IMG/VR virus record: IMGVR_UViG_3300033076_000210
Location: 1 to 64,000 of that record
DNA from: a virus
Lineage: Duplodnaviria > Caudoviricetes
Direction: 5' to 3' (one strand)
Length of the DNA stretch: 64,000 nucleotides
The notes below the pieces were generated by a model, which saw only the letters and a list, made by a program, of their open reading frames with translations, was not told the origin of the DNA and did not search any database. Positions 46,602 through 55,320 of the stretch are shown here, piece after piece. Numbering within the stretch: the stretch's first letter is position 1; every line of letters starts with the position of its first letter. The position numbers and the translations under genes were made by a program.

Positions 46602-47656
46602 TATTCGGCATCCTCCTCAACAGTAGTTACCTCTTCTTTCTGATTCTTGAAATCTTCCATAACTTTGTCGAGACATCCTTCGTCGTTCTTTTCCCATGCC
46701 TTGCGGAACTTCTTGATGATTTCACCGTCACTGAGTGTAAACACCAAGCTATTGCCTTCACGCTTGAGCATTTCTTTCTTTTCAATCAAGTCAACAAGAC
46801 CCGAGTATGGACTCATACCTGTTGTATAAGGAATCTTGACTTGAACGCCTTCAAATGGCTTGGCATAGCGTGTTTTCATGATCTTACATGCAGCACGAAT
46901 ACCGTTAACGTCCGACACTTTGTTGCCGTCCTCGTCCTCTTTGAGCTTGAGTTTCTTCATAGCAACAACAATTGAGCTAGCGTAGATAAAGCCTTGACCG
47001 CCGGAGATTTTGTCATCTGGGTCAAACATATCTTGACTTGCATAGGTGTGGTTAGTAGCAACTAAACCAACGTTGTATGCGCCAAACATGTTTACACAGT
47101 TACGAACCAGTGCTGTCAGTGCTTTGGGCTTGCGACCCAAGTCACCTTTTAAGTCACCTGCATCAAACTGGTTAATGTCAGTTGGGGTCAACAACATACC
47201 CAATGAGTCAATGACAAACAACACCTTGGGGCGATCTGCTTCTGCCAGTGCTTTGTAATCGCTCATGAATGTGGAAATTGTTTTAGCAACGTCATCGATC
47301 ATGGCCATGCTCAATTTAAGCAACTTGCTTTCACTTGTGTCAACACCGAGTGCTTTGAGCCAATCCTCGTCAAGAGCGTTTTCAGAGTCAACTAGCACAA
47401 CAAAGATACCTTGTTCTTGTGCATGTTTAACAATATTGCCCGAGCAGATGTATGATTTACCTGCGCCAGAGTCGCCAGCAAACACAGTAACTTTACCCAG
47501 GGGGATTCCACGGTTGAAATCGCCAGAGATCAAATAGTTTAAGGCATAGTTGCCTGTTGAGATCCAATCTGTTGGATCGTTGAAGCCAATGCTTAGGCCG
47601 TCAATGCTTTTTGTAATTTCCTTACGGAACTTTGAGACGTCAAATGGTTTTGCCAT
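46601..47656 (-). CDS. uvsX: UvsX/RecA-like recombinase
   Basis: ISTGNYALN, AGDSGAGKS, VIDSLG, NHTY, SGGQG. Confidence 0.93.
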   Translation of the reverse strand: MAKPFDVSKFRKEITKSIDGLSIGFNDPTDWISTGNYALNYLISGDFNRGIPLGKVTVFAGDSGAGKSYICSGNIVKHAQEQGIFVVLVDSENALDEDWLKALGVDTSESKLLKLSMAMIDDVAKTISTFMSDYKALAEADRPKVLFVIDSLGMLLTPTDINQFDAGDLKGDLGRKPKALTALVRNCVNMFGAYNVGLVATNHTYASQDMFDPDDKISGGQGFIYASSIVVAMKKLKLKEDEDGNKVSDVNGIRAACKIMKTRYAKPFEGVQVKIPYTTGMSPYSGLVDLIEKKEMLKREGNSLVFTLSDGEIIKKFRKAWEKNDEGCLDKVMEDFKNQKEEVTTVEEDAE

Positions 47657-47681
47657 ATATTACCTATGTATAAAGAAAGGA

Positions 47682-47703
47682 ACACACGGGTTGCCCCGTG
47701 TGT
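47682..47703 (-). terminator. hairpin/terminator after gp32
   Basis: acacacggg-GCAA-cccgtgtgt with pyrimidine tail. Confidence 0.65.
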
Positions 47704-47714
47704 GTTTTTGCTGA

Positions 47715-48716
47715 TTACTTCTGTTGACGGCTACGAATCATAGCCAAGATGTCTTCGGCCTTTTGTGTAGGCGCTGCTGGTTTAGCAACTGGTGCTGCTG
47801 CTTCAGCAGGTTCATCTTCCCAAGCAGGTGTTTCTGCCTTAGGTGCTGCGGTAGGGGCAGGTGCTGCCTTTGCTACTGGAGCAGGAGTGTCTTCATCTGC
47901 GGATGCTGTGCTACCACCTGGTGCTTGAACACCAGCAGGACGGAAGTATTGACCCCAGCGTTCTGTGTCGTATGGCTGGCCATCAACTGATGCTTCAAAC
48001 ATCTCTTTGATCACACGCAGTTCAACATCGCCTGGGCGCTTGGGCAAGAATGTGCTCAAGTCAAACAACCCGTGTGCTTCAACAGCGGCTTGTTCTGCTT
48101 CTGTCAGTGCAGATTCTTTACGTGCCCACTTTGAAGTAGAGTAGTCAGCATAACCACCTTTTTGTGTTTTGCTGATACGGAAGTCCAAACCACGCAATGC
48201 GTCTGTTGGCAATTCTTCTGTTTCTGGATCCATCAATACAGCTTTGATAGTTGCAAACAACTGTGGGCCAATGATGAACTTGCGGATTGGATTGTCTGGT
48301 GTAGTGTCATCAGCAATTGGGTTCTCGCGAACAAAGCCTTGCATGATGTAGCTACGCTTTTTCCAGTACTTGCGACCCATTTCTTCAAGGCTCTTGTCCT
48401 TGAACCATGTGCGAACTTCTGCCAAGATTGGGCAAGAGTTTGGTTCCCACATTTCAACGCATGGTACCTGAACCATGACTTGCTTCGAGTCCATTTCGCC
48501 TTTGATGCCAGCGAAAGGTAATCGAATCATTTGACGTTCGACCCAGAAAAATGTGTTCTTTGAATTTCCGTCTGGAAGAAAACGGAGTGTTGCGGATTGA
48601 CCTTCTTCCATGTTCCAGTGAGGGTAAATTGATTTATCACCACCACCTGCGGATTGCCCGCCTTGTTTGTTTTCTGCTGCCTGTAAACGTGCGCGAATTT
48701 CTGCTAAAGATGCCAT
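47715..48716 (-). CDS. gp32: single-stranded DNA-binding protein (T4 gp32-like)
   Basis: LRFLPD, CP, YWKKRSY, G.DF.I.K..KGGYADYSTS. Confidence 0.9.
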   Translation of the reverse strand: MASLAEIRARLQAAENKQGGQSAGGGDKSIYPHWNMEEGQSATLRFLPDGNSKNTFFWVERQMIRLPFAGIKGEMDSKQVMVQVPCVEMWEPNSCPILAEVRTWFKDKSLEEMGRKYWKKRSYIMQGFVRENPIADDTTPDNPIRKFIIGPQLFATIKAVLMDPETEELPTDALRGLDFRISKTQKGGYADYSTSKWARKESALTEAEQAAVEAHGLFDLSTFLPKRPGDVELRVIKEMFEASVDGQPYDTERWGQYFRPAGVQAPGGSTASADEDTPAPVAKAAPAPTAAPKAETPAWEDEPAEAAAPVAKPAAPTQKAEDILAMIRSRQQK

Positions 48717-48794
48717 AGTATATTCTCCTTAAAAATGTTGCCTATGTATATGCTTGTTATCTAATTTTAGATGCTGCCTGTGCATACAAGTTGT

Positions 48795-48824
48795 ATTGTA
48801 TACTAGTTTATTTAGCAGAGTCAA
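48795..48824 (-). promoter_or_regulatory. promoter for gp32 (TTGACT-N18-TACAAT with embedded TAAATA)
   Basis: Motif inspection. Confidence 0.55.
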
Positions 48825-48837
48825 TGAGAAAGGCAAT

Positions 48838-49476
48838 TTATTTTTGCCTGATTTCGATGTAGTAGATTTGAGTATAATGGTCAGGCGTGTAGTGAGCCGA
48901 GCTGTTGAACACATCGGTTATTTCAAGTCCTGCTGCTGCGATAAAAGGTGCAAAGTCTTGCTCTCTGTTTAGTGACCCTGCTTGATTCTCTTGCAACAAG
49001 ACGATACCATTGGGCAATAGGTGTTGTCCAATGTTGGCAAAGAACTCTTGATGTGCTGCCCAATTCTGGTCCACTGCAATGCGTCGATAGTTATCATCAC
49101 CCGGGCATTCAAGAAAATGCGGGGGGTTGGCTACAACCAAATCAAACTGTTCGTAGTTGGGTAGATCAGCAATTAGCCCTGTAGCATAAGCAGCCACATT
49201 AGATAGTTGATGTATTTTTGCAGTCTCTTTAACTCGCTTGATAGCGTCTGGATAAATGTCACTAACACACAAGCTCTTACATAGCCCATGATCCAAAATA
49301 CTGTACCCAATAAATGCAGGCCCAGCACACCATTCATAACAGCATTCGAAAACTCTGTTTGGATACCGCTGTTTGATAACGGTTGTGTATTCCTGGCCAA
49401 ACCAAGTGCCGCCACCGTCCATCCAACTGTCGTGTTGCACTCTGTATTGATTAGGTCCTGTTGTGATAAATTCCAT
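48838..49476 (-). CDS. SAM-dependent methyltransferase (NPP-type)
   Basis: EWCAGPAFIG, DLVVANPPHF. Confidence 0.8.
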   Translation of the reverse strand: MEFITTGPNQYRVQHDSWMDGGGTWFGQEYTTVIKQRYPNRVFECCYEWCAGPAFIGYSILDHGLCKSLCVSDIYPDAIKRVKETAKIHQLSNVAAYATGLIADLPNYEQFDLVVANPPHFLECPGDDNYRRIAVDQNWAAHQEFFANIGQHLLPNGIVLLQENQAGSLNREQDFAPFIAAAGLEITDVFNSSAHYTPDHYTQIYYIEIRQK

Positions 49477-50240
49477 TATAGTCTTTCTGGTCTATTGGGC
49501 TCGCGCCACATTTGTGTTTTGTCTCGGGCATGCCAGTACCATTCGGTCATCCATTCTTTGGTTTCTTCCCGGAGTCGCCCAGGGGCAACTAATTCAAAAT
49601 ACTCAACATGCTCTTCCGGTGTAGGATGAAAGTCTCGTTGACTAGAATCAAAATTGTCCGGAATGCCCGGGCGACTAGTCCACCACGAGCCACCAAAGAT
49701 TGTTTCTTGGACACTAGGTCCAATTATATCTAACGTATCTTTGTAGAAGTTTAATACGTCCTGTGTCTCTGCGTTAGGCTGTGCAGGATTGTTGCCGTGG
49801 CCAGTAGACTCATTAGTTAAGGTCATAGGAACCATGCTTAAAAATCTGTATTTGCAACCCCAGTGATCTAGTAAGTGTTTTGCTGCTGTAATGTTAGCAA
49901 GATCTCTAATTAAGTAACCACGTTCGTCGGCAAACTTCTTTACATACTCTGCAGGCATAGTACTTCCGGCCGACCAATAGATGTTACCACCTTCTAGCCA
50001 ACGTCCATCCACATAGCGATCTTCTCTGCTGGTGTTGGTCCACATAATCCAAACTTCATCATCGGGGCCAAGTTTATTTCGTTGATTGCATTCGGTCAGG
50101 CTCCAGAGTATGTAGCTGTTGCCGGCGCCACAGAGACCCCAATTTTCAAAATGCTCGAACTCTCTGCCAAGGGCATCTGCCCAAGTAGGCCAACGCCAGT
50201 ATTGTGTAAAGCTGCATCCTAATGTGTATAGTCTAGACAT
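49476..50240 (-). CDS. SGNH-fold hydrolase-like protein
   Basis: LGCSFT, NWGLCGAGN, DFHPTPEEH; start moved to MSRLYTLG. Confidence 0.7.
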   Translation of the reverse strand: MSRLYTLGCSFTQYWRWPTWADALGREFEHFENWGLCGAGNSYILWSLTECNQRNKLGPDDEVWIMWTNTSREDRYVDGRWLEGGNIYWSAGSTMPAEYVKKFADERGYLIRDLANITAAKHLLDHWGCKYRFLSMVPMTLTNESTGHGNNPAQPNAETQDVLNFYKDTLDIIGPSVQETIFGGSWWTSRPGIPDNFDSSQRDFHPTPEEHVEYFELVAPGRLREETKEWMTEWYWHARDKTQMWREPNRPERL

Positions 50241-51072
50241 GGTGTTTTCCAAAATTATGTAGCCACTGCCATTGTAACTCTGGCACAGGCATGTATTTTT
50301 CAAACCAATATTGACTTGTATACCAGTCCTTAACAGATGAATGCTCAAAGTTGCTGGCCACACATCGTCCAATCGGTAACGGCGAGTGATAGTATCTATG
50401 ACGGTATACTTCAATGAGTTGGAATTCACTCATGACCATAGTGTTAGAATAAGGATCAAACGCTACTAATTTATTCTGCTCAAATAGTTCTAAATGATAT
50501 TCAAATACTGATTTATTGTGACGTTGTTCTATGTGTGCTCTTAGTCCTGTTAACAAATCTCTAGTTAACGGTCTAAATGGCACCGAACTCATGCACCAGT
50601 ATTCATCTTTGTTGACTACCCAAGGTTCTGTTGTTCCTAACATGTCAGCAACATACATTCGATTTCCTACATTGATAGGATCTGGGTCCTTGCTTACTGT
50701 GGCGCTAATAGCGTCAATTCTAATTGGTTCTTTAAACACAACATCAGCATCAACTAGCAACCAACGATCACCAGATACAAACTGGTCAAGATAAAGTTTA
50801 ACTAACTGCTGTCTAAACCACCCCCCAGTTTTTACACGATCCATTCCTGCAAAATCACTAAACCTATGAAATGTTATATTAGTATCAGGAAAAATTTGTC
50901 GTATGTATTGTTCACAGTCTCCTGGGTAACTAGGCCAATGCTGCGTGTCAAAGTCATCAATGATAATGTCAATAGGAAAGCCTGCGGCATATTGTTGTAT
51001 GCTCTGCAGGCATCGTATCTGGGAAAAAAAGTATCCAGCGAAAGTGGTTAAAACAATTCTATCAATATTCAC
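50233..51072 (-). CDS. putative GT-A glycosyltransferase
   Basis: GWFRQQLVKL, LLVDADVVF (DxD), SEF. Confidence 0.65.
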   Translation of the reverse strand: MNIDRIVLTTFAGYFFSQIRCLQSIQQYAAGFPIDIIIDDFDTQHWPSYPGDCEQYIRQIFPDTNITFHRFSDFAGMDRVKTGGWFRQQLVKLYLDQFVSGDRWLLVDADVVFKEPIRIDAISATVSKDPDPINVGNRMYVADMLGTTEPWVVNKDEYWCMSSVPFRPLTRDLLTGLRAHIEQRHNKSVFEYHLELFEQNKLVAFDPYSNTMVMSEFQLIEVYRHRYYHSPLPIGRCVASNFEHSSVKDWYTSQYWFEKYMPVPELQWQWLHNFGKHHV

Positions 51073-51075
51073 GCA

Positions 51076-52755
51076 TTACTTACCATGCGCTAACTTCTTG
51101 AGTTGACTTACTGCGTCACTTTCTTCTAGCCCAAAGTTGGTCCAGTTTCCGGTGTATTCCATGATTCCGCATTCTTCTAGCTTGTGCTTGGGGCAGTATT
51201 CACCGGCTTCGGTCATGTTGCATTGCGCTTCTGATATGTCGTCTTGCAAGGCATATTCTAATTCGGATGTATGTATCGACCCACTATTAACATCGTGTAT
51301 CAATCTATCGCGGTCTGCATTTGGCTCAACCTTGGCAATATATTCATCAATTAAATCCAATGTCTCTTGGGGCAAGGGGCCGGCTGAACCTTCTTCCACG
51401 CTTTGTGGTAGTTGTTCGTCGCCTGCAACTTCTTGTCCTAATTCCTCTGCATCAGCAGTAGGCTCACTGGGTTCTTCAGGATTGGTTGTTTGCAACTGAC
51501 CCAGCACTGCTTGAACGTCAGGGCTTTGGCCGGAAAGTTCTTCCATGCGAGTCAATACCACGCTTCGTGCATCTGCATCAGCGTTGGCATCAGCTAGCTC
51601 TTGTAGTTGATCAAACAGCACGTCATCGCCCAGGATGTCATAGAGTTGTTCTGTGGCATTGGTTGCATCAGCACCTACAGGAAATTCCTTGCTCATTAAG
51701 TCAACCAAGGTTTGTTTTTGTTCTGGTGTTTCTGGCAAGGCCCATGTGCCTTCCACTAGGTTGTTGATCCACGATTCGAAAATTTGTGCTTCTTTCATTG
51801 CGTTGGCTTCCTGTGTAATGCGAGCCAACAACGGCAACGCTTCTTCAATTCTGTGATCAATTGTTTGTTCTACAAACAAGCTCTTGAGATCTTCTACTAC
51901 CAAGTTGCCTTCGTTGATTTCGTTGGGCTTCCATGATTCAAAGTAGGCTTGATATCCACGATTTGTTCCCAAGTGCTTGAGAACTGAGTGCATGTTCTTG
52001 TAGTAAGAATTGGTTTGCTCTACTAGATTTTTGGTATCGCCTTCTAAAACTCGATTAGCGTTGGCTCTACGGAAACGGCTCAACACAGATAGTTCTTCGA
52101 CAATTTCGTTGATGTGTTGTGCGCGAGCATCGTAGGGATTGCCACCTTGGCGCACATGCTCTAGCATGGCTTTGGCAGCAGTTAGGCTACGGCTCTTTAA
52201 TTTAAAACGTTCACGATCAGCAGTTTCAATGTAAATGCATTCAATGAAACGAAAACGTGCTTCGTCTTCGGTTAGTGACTTGCTGTGTTTGATTACTATG
52301 CGAGCTTCTGTAGGCTGGCCATTCCAGCTGATGTTGCCCTTGCCTTGCCAAGATTCGTGTAAGCCTTCTTTGATTGCTGCTTGTCCTTGCTTGGTATACT
52401 TTAGTTTGGTAATGTTTTCCGGGGTAAATGTCATGAAGTTCTTGGTTGCAAAGTTTTTCATTTGTGTCAAGAACTCAAACCATTCTGTTTTGTCTTCGGT
52501 TTCCATGCCGCGGCCAATGTTGTCCCCAAAGAACATAGTTAAGTCTTTGTCATTTCCTAACAATATCACAACAGAACCGTAGTTGCGACCGGATTCCGGA
52601 ACATAATCAAATCGAAATTCATCTGCTTCCCCGATGTCGGGGTTTCCTTGATCGTCGACTGGTGCTCGTCCAGTTCTGCTGTCCAAGGACTGGATGTCAA
52701 AGTTCTTGGTTACCAGTAGGTCGTATAGGTTTTTGCTCGTTGATTGATTAGACAT
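51076..52755 (-). CDS. putative virion/head protein
   Basis: Follows terminase; TAAATA at 52763-52768; several [LIV]xE/G-type sites. Confidence 0.55.
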   Translation of the reverse strand: MSNQSTSKNLYDLLVTKNFDIQSLDSRTGRAPVDDQGNPDIGEADEFRFDYVPESGRNYGSVVILLGNDKDLTMFFGDNIGRGMETEDKTEWFEFLTQMKNFATKNFMTFTPENITKLKYTKQGQAAIKEGLHESWQGKGNISWNGQPTEARIVIKHSKSLTEDEARFRFIECIYIETADRERFKLKSRSLTAAKAMLEHVRQGGNPYDARAQHINEIVEELSVLSRFRRANANRVLEGDTKNLVEQTNSYYKNMHSVLKHLGTNRGYQAYFESWKPNEINEGNLVVEDLKSLFVEQTIDHRIEEALPLLARITQEANAMKEAQIFESWINNLVEGTWALPETPEQKQTLVDLMSKEFPVGADATNATEQLYDILGDDVLFDQLQELADANADADARSVVLTRMEELSGQSPDVQAVLGQLQTTNPEEPSEPTADAEELGQEVAGDEQLPQSVEEGSAGPLPQETLDLIDEYIAKVEPNADRDRLIHDVNSGSIHTSELEYALQDDISEAQCNMTEAGEYCPKHKLEECGIMEYTGNWTNFGLEESDAVSQLKKLAHGK

Positions 52756-52765
52756 AGTAGTATAT

Positions 52766-54334
52766 TTATCGCATCACAATGAAAGGCATGGGCTCTATCA
52801 TTACATCGCCGTGGTCCCTCATTTGATTATCCATTTCTGTGTGATAGCTCTGTAATAGCTGCATCATGCGAACAACAAGTAGTGTAGCCATTACCAAATC
52901 GTCTGTTTCCCCGGGTTTGGCAGCATAACTGGTTCCGTGGGCAACAAATGTTTTAAGTTCAGATATCAAGGGCTTGCTGTGTATCTTCATCTTCTTGGAT
53001 TCAACTAACACTTTGAGCTTGTTACACGCTGTAATTTTAGCTTTGTTTGTGGTGTTAAATCCCTTGCGCCAGCGACGATTAGATGATTGTGTTGTTGTGC
53101 CATCACTCAGGAAGTAACCTTCGATGTTTTCTTCCCCGTATTCTGAGATACTGATCAGTGCTGCTTCACCAATGGTGTTGTTTTCCACAGAGTAGTAGAT
53201 AGAGTTCTTGTCATCAACAATGCTGTTGATATGTTTGATGATATCAGCCATGATACGAATCTGCGTAGGAATATCTGTGCGGTTATGACGCCATTCCCCG
53301 ATCTGTGTTGTAGTGTTGGCTTCAAAGATTTGTATAGCAGCAGGATCGCCGCCTGTGCCCAAACTGGGATCCAAGGCAACACAGTAATACTTGCCAGGCT
53401 CGGGCTTTTTATACCAACGCACTTGCCCTGTTTTGTGATCAGGTTCCACGCCTTCTAAATCAATCAGTGTGGTAGGAGCAATCAGTGTTTCATCGTTAAT
53501 AATGAATTCGCAGCCAATTTCTCTGCGGAAACGATCTGTTCCCAACTGGGCTTCCATATCCCGACCCCATTGCTCGTCACGGTCTGGGTGTTCTTGCCAA
53601 TAAGCACGATAGGCTTTGAAACCATTTTTGCCTACTTCTGTTGGGTTGCCATAATCATCTTCGCACTTGTTGGCCAACTTCCAAATAAACGCAAACTGAT
53701 CTTCGTCTGAGTTGGGGGTTGATGTAATAATAGCTTTACCTCCTGTGGCCAAGGTAGGACTGATAGAAGTCCAGAACTCTTTGGCAATACCAGGGCGAAC
53801 GAACGCAAATTCGTCAGCGTATAACAGTGTAATAGACATACCACGCCCGGTATTTTCAGTTGTTGTTGCCGAAACAATGCGGGACCCGTTTTCAAAGTCT
53901 ATGCTGCCCTTGTTGTAGCTCACAACACCAGCACGAATGTGATCAGGACACAGTTCATACGCAAAGCGAATACGCTGCATGATTTCCTGTGCGCCTGTGT
54001 ATTTGTGTGCAGCAATAAGAATTGTAGAATCTGGAACAAACATAGCAAACCACAACAAGTAACCTGCTGCTGATGTTGATTTGCCTGTTTGTCGTGGCAT
54101 CAAGGAGATCGAATAACGATAGTTGTGATATGTGTGTATCAGCTTCTTTTGATACTCGTAGGGATGATACAACATCTTGCCACGTGTGGGATGTTGAATG
54201 TAAAAGAAGTTATCCATGAAGTATTCTGGGCCAGTTTCCTGGTCAGCACACATCATAAAATCCTGTAACTGTTCTTCTGTGTAGACCTGCTTTTTATGCG
54301 GGGCCTTGACTAATACGCCTTCTAAAGTGCTCAT
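52766..54334 (-). CDS. gp17: terminase large subunit (T4 gp17-like)
   Basis: PRQTGKST, LLYADEFAF, ITSTPN, FRRE..CEF, ALDPS.G.G.D, DDLVMA. Confidence 0.95.
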   Translation of the reverse strand: MSTLEGVLVKAPHKKQVYTEEQLQDFMMCADQETGPEYFMDNFFYIQHPTRGKMLYHPYEYQKKLIHTYHNYRYSISLMPRQTGKSTSAAGYLLWFAMFVPDSTILIAAHKYTGAQEIMQRIRFAYELCPDHIRAGVVSYNKGSIDFENGSRIVSATTTENTGRGMSITLLYADEFAFVRPGIAKEFWTSISPTLATGGKAIITSTPNSDEDQFAFIWKLANKCEDDYGNPTEVGKNGFKAYRAYWQEHPDRDEQWGRDMEAQLGTDRFRREIGCEFIINDETLIAPTTLIDLEGVEPDHKTGQVRWYKKPEPGKYYCVALDPSLGTGGDPAAIQIFEANTTTQIGEWRHNRTDIPTQIRIMADIIKHINSIVDDKNSIYYSVENNTIGEAALISISEYGEENIEGYFLSDGTTTQSSNRRWRKGFNTTNKAKITACNKLKVLVESKKMKIHSKPLISELKTFVAHGTSYAAKPGETDDLVMATLLVVRMMQLLQSYHTEMDNQMRDHGDVMIEPMPFIVMR

Positions 54335-54348
54335 GGCTGTATTTAATG

Positions 54349-54615
54349 TTATTTAGATTGGTTAAACGCAAACCAAGCCGGTGTTCCGGGACGGATGCCC
54401 AGGCGTTTTGCTTCGTCTCTAAGTTGGAAATGTTGATCTGCTATTTGCTGACGCTTGTGTGCATCGTATGCTGCTGTCACTGATGCAGGGGTTAGTGTGC
54501 CCAGTGTGCCTTGTCCTTGTAAAGCAAAAAGAGGATCGCTGGGGTCTAAGTAGCAATCCTCGTTGGAGTCGGTGTATTGTAAGCTGGCAGTAGAAAAACG
54601 AATTTCTTTTGTCAT
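54349..54615 (-). CDS. hypothetical phage protein
   Basis: GIRPGTPAWF motif; coupled. Confidence 0.7.
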   Translation of the reverse strand: MTKEIRFSTASLQYTDSNEDCYLDPSDPLFALQGQGTLGTLTPASVTAAYDAHKRQQIADQHFQLRDEAKRLGIRPGTPAWFAFNQSK

Positions 54616-55319
54616 TTACCGACGTTGAAGCGAATACCTGTGGCTTGTTCTACTGCTGCAACAGGGACCTGATATTTGGGCAAGTCTTGAACAGGCAGTG
54701 CTGCGTTTGGCATTAAGTAAGCCATTGCTTGCTTTGAGTTCTTTTCGTAGATGATCTTGTATAAGCGAGTTGGGATACCCAGGCCGTTGCCAGTAGTAGG
54801 ATAGCCTTGGTCAAAAATGCCACCGGAAACAATATAAAAGTCCCCACCTTTGGAGGCCCAGTCTCTTTCCCATGTCTCTAACTGCTTCCAGATGCCACGA
54901 TTGTTGTTGGCAACTTGGGCCACCATGTTGCTCAAGAAAAAACTTTCTGACATGATTTGATCATTGGTTGTGTTGTTGCCAGCAGGTGCCATGTGTCCAC
55001 GGTCATGTGTCTTACCAACTGTGGCATAGTCTTGTAAGGTAGCTTGGCACTGCTGGAATACTTGTGGGTCAGCGCGGAAGTTGTCTTTGCGTTTGGCAGG
55101 TCCGGTCATTGACTCACGAGTTAGGTGTTCAAACACTGCAACAGGTGCTTTAACTGAACAGCGATGAATCACTGCATAGTTTGTTTTGCACAGTTCCTGA
55201 TCACCTGGTTGTGCAGCATAGGCCACAGGTCCGTTAGGCAAGAACTGTGGGCATTGTTGTGCAATCTGTGCCAGCGCAGATAGTGGTAAAAAGAAGAGTG
55301 TTATTATTAGTTTTTTCAT
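54612..55319 (-). CDS. DNA/RNA non-specific endonuclease (NucA/Serratia family) with signal peptide
   Basis: DRGHMAP, F.LSNM..Q...NRGIW..LE, IPT.LYK; MKKLIITLFFLPLSALA leader. Confidence 0.9.
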   Translation of the reverse strand: MKKLIITLFFLPLSALAQIAQQCPQFLPNGPVAYAAQPGDQELCKTNYAVIHRCSVKAPVAVFEHLTRESMTGPAKRKDNFRADPQVFQQCQATLQDYATVGKTHDRGHMAPAGNNTTNDQIMSESFFLSNMVAQVANNNRGIWKQLETWERDWASKGGDFYIVSGGIFDQGYPTTGNGLGIPTRLYKIIYEKNSKQAMAYLMPNAALPVQDLPKYQVPVAAVEQATGIRFNVGK

Positions 55320-55320
55320 A

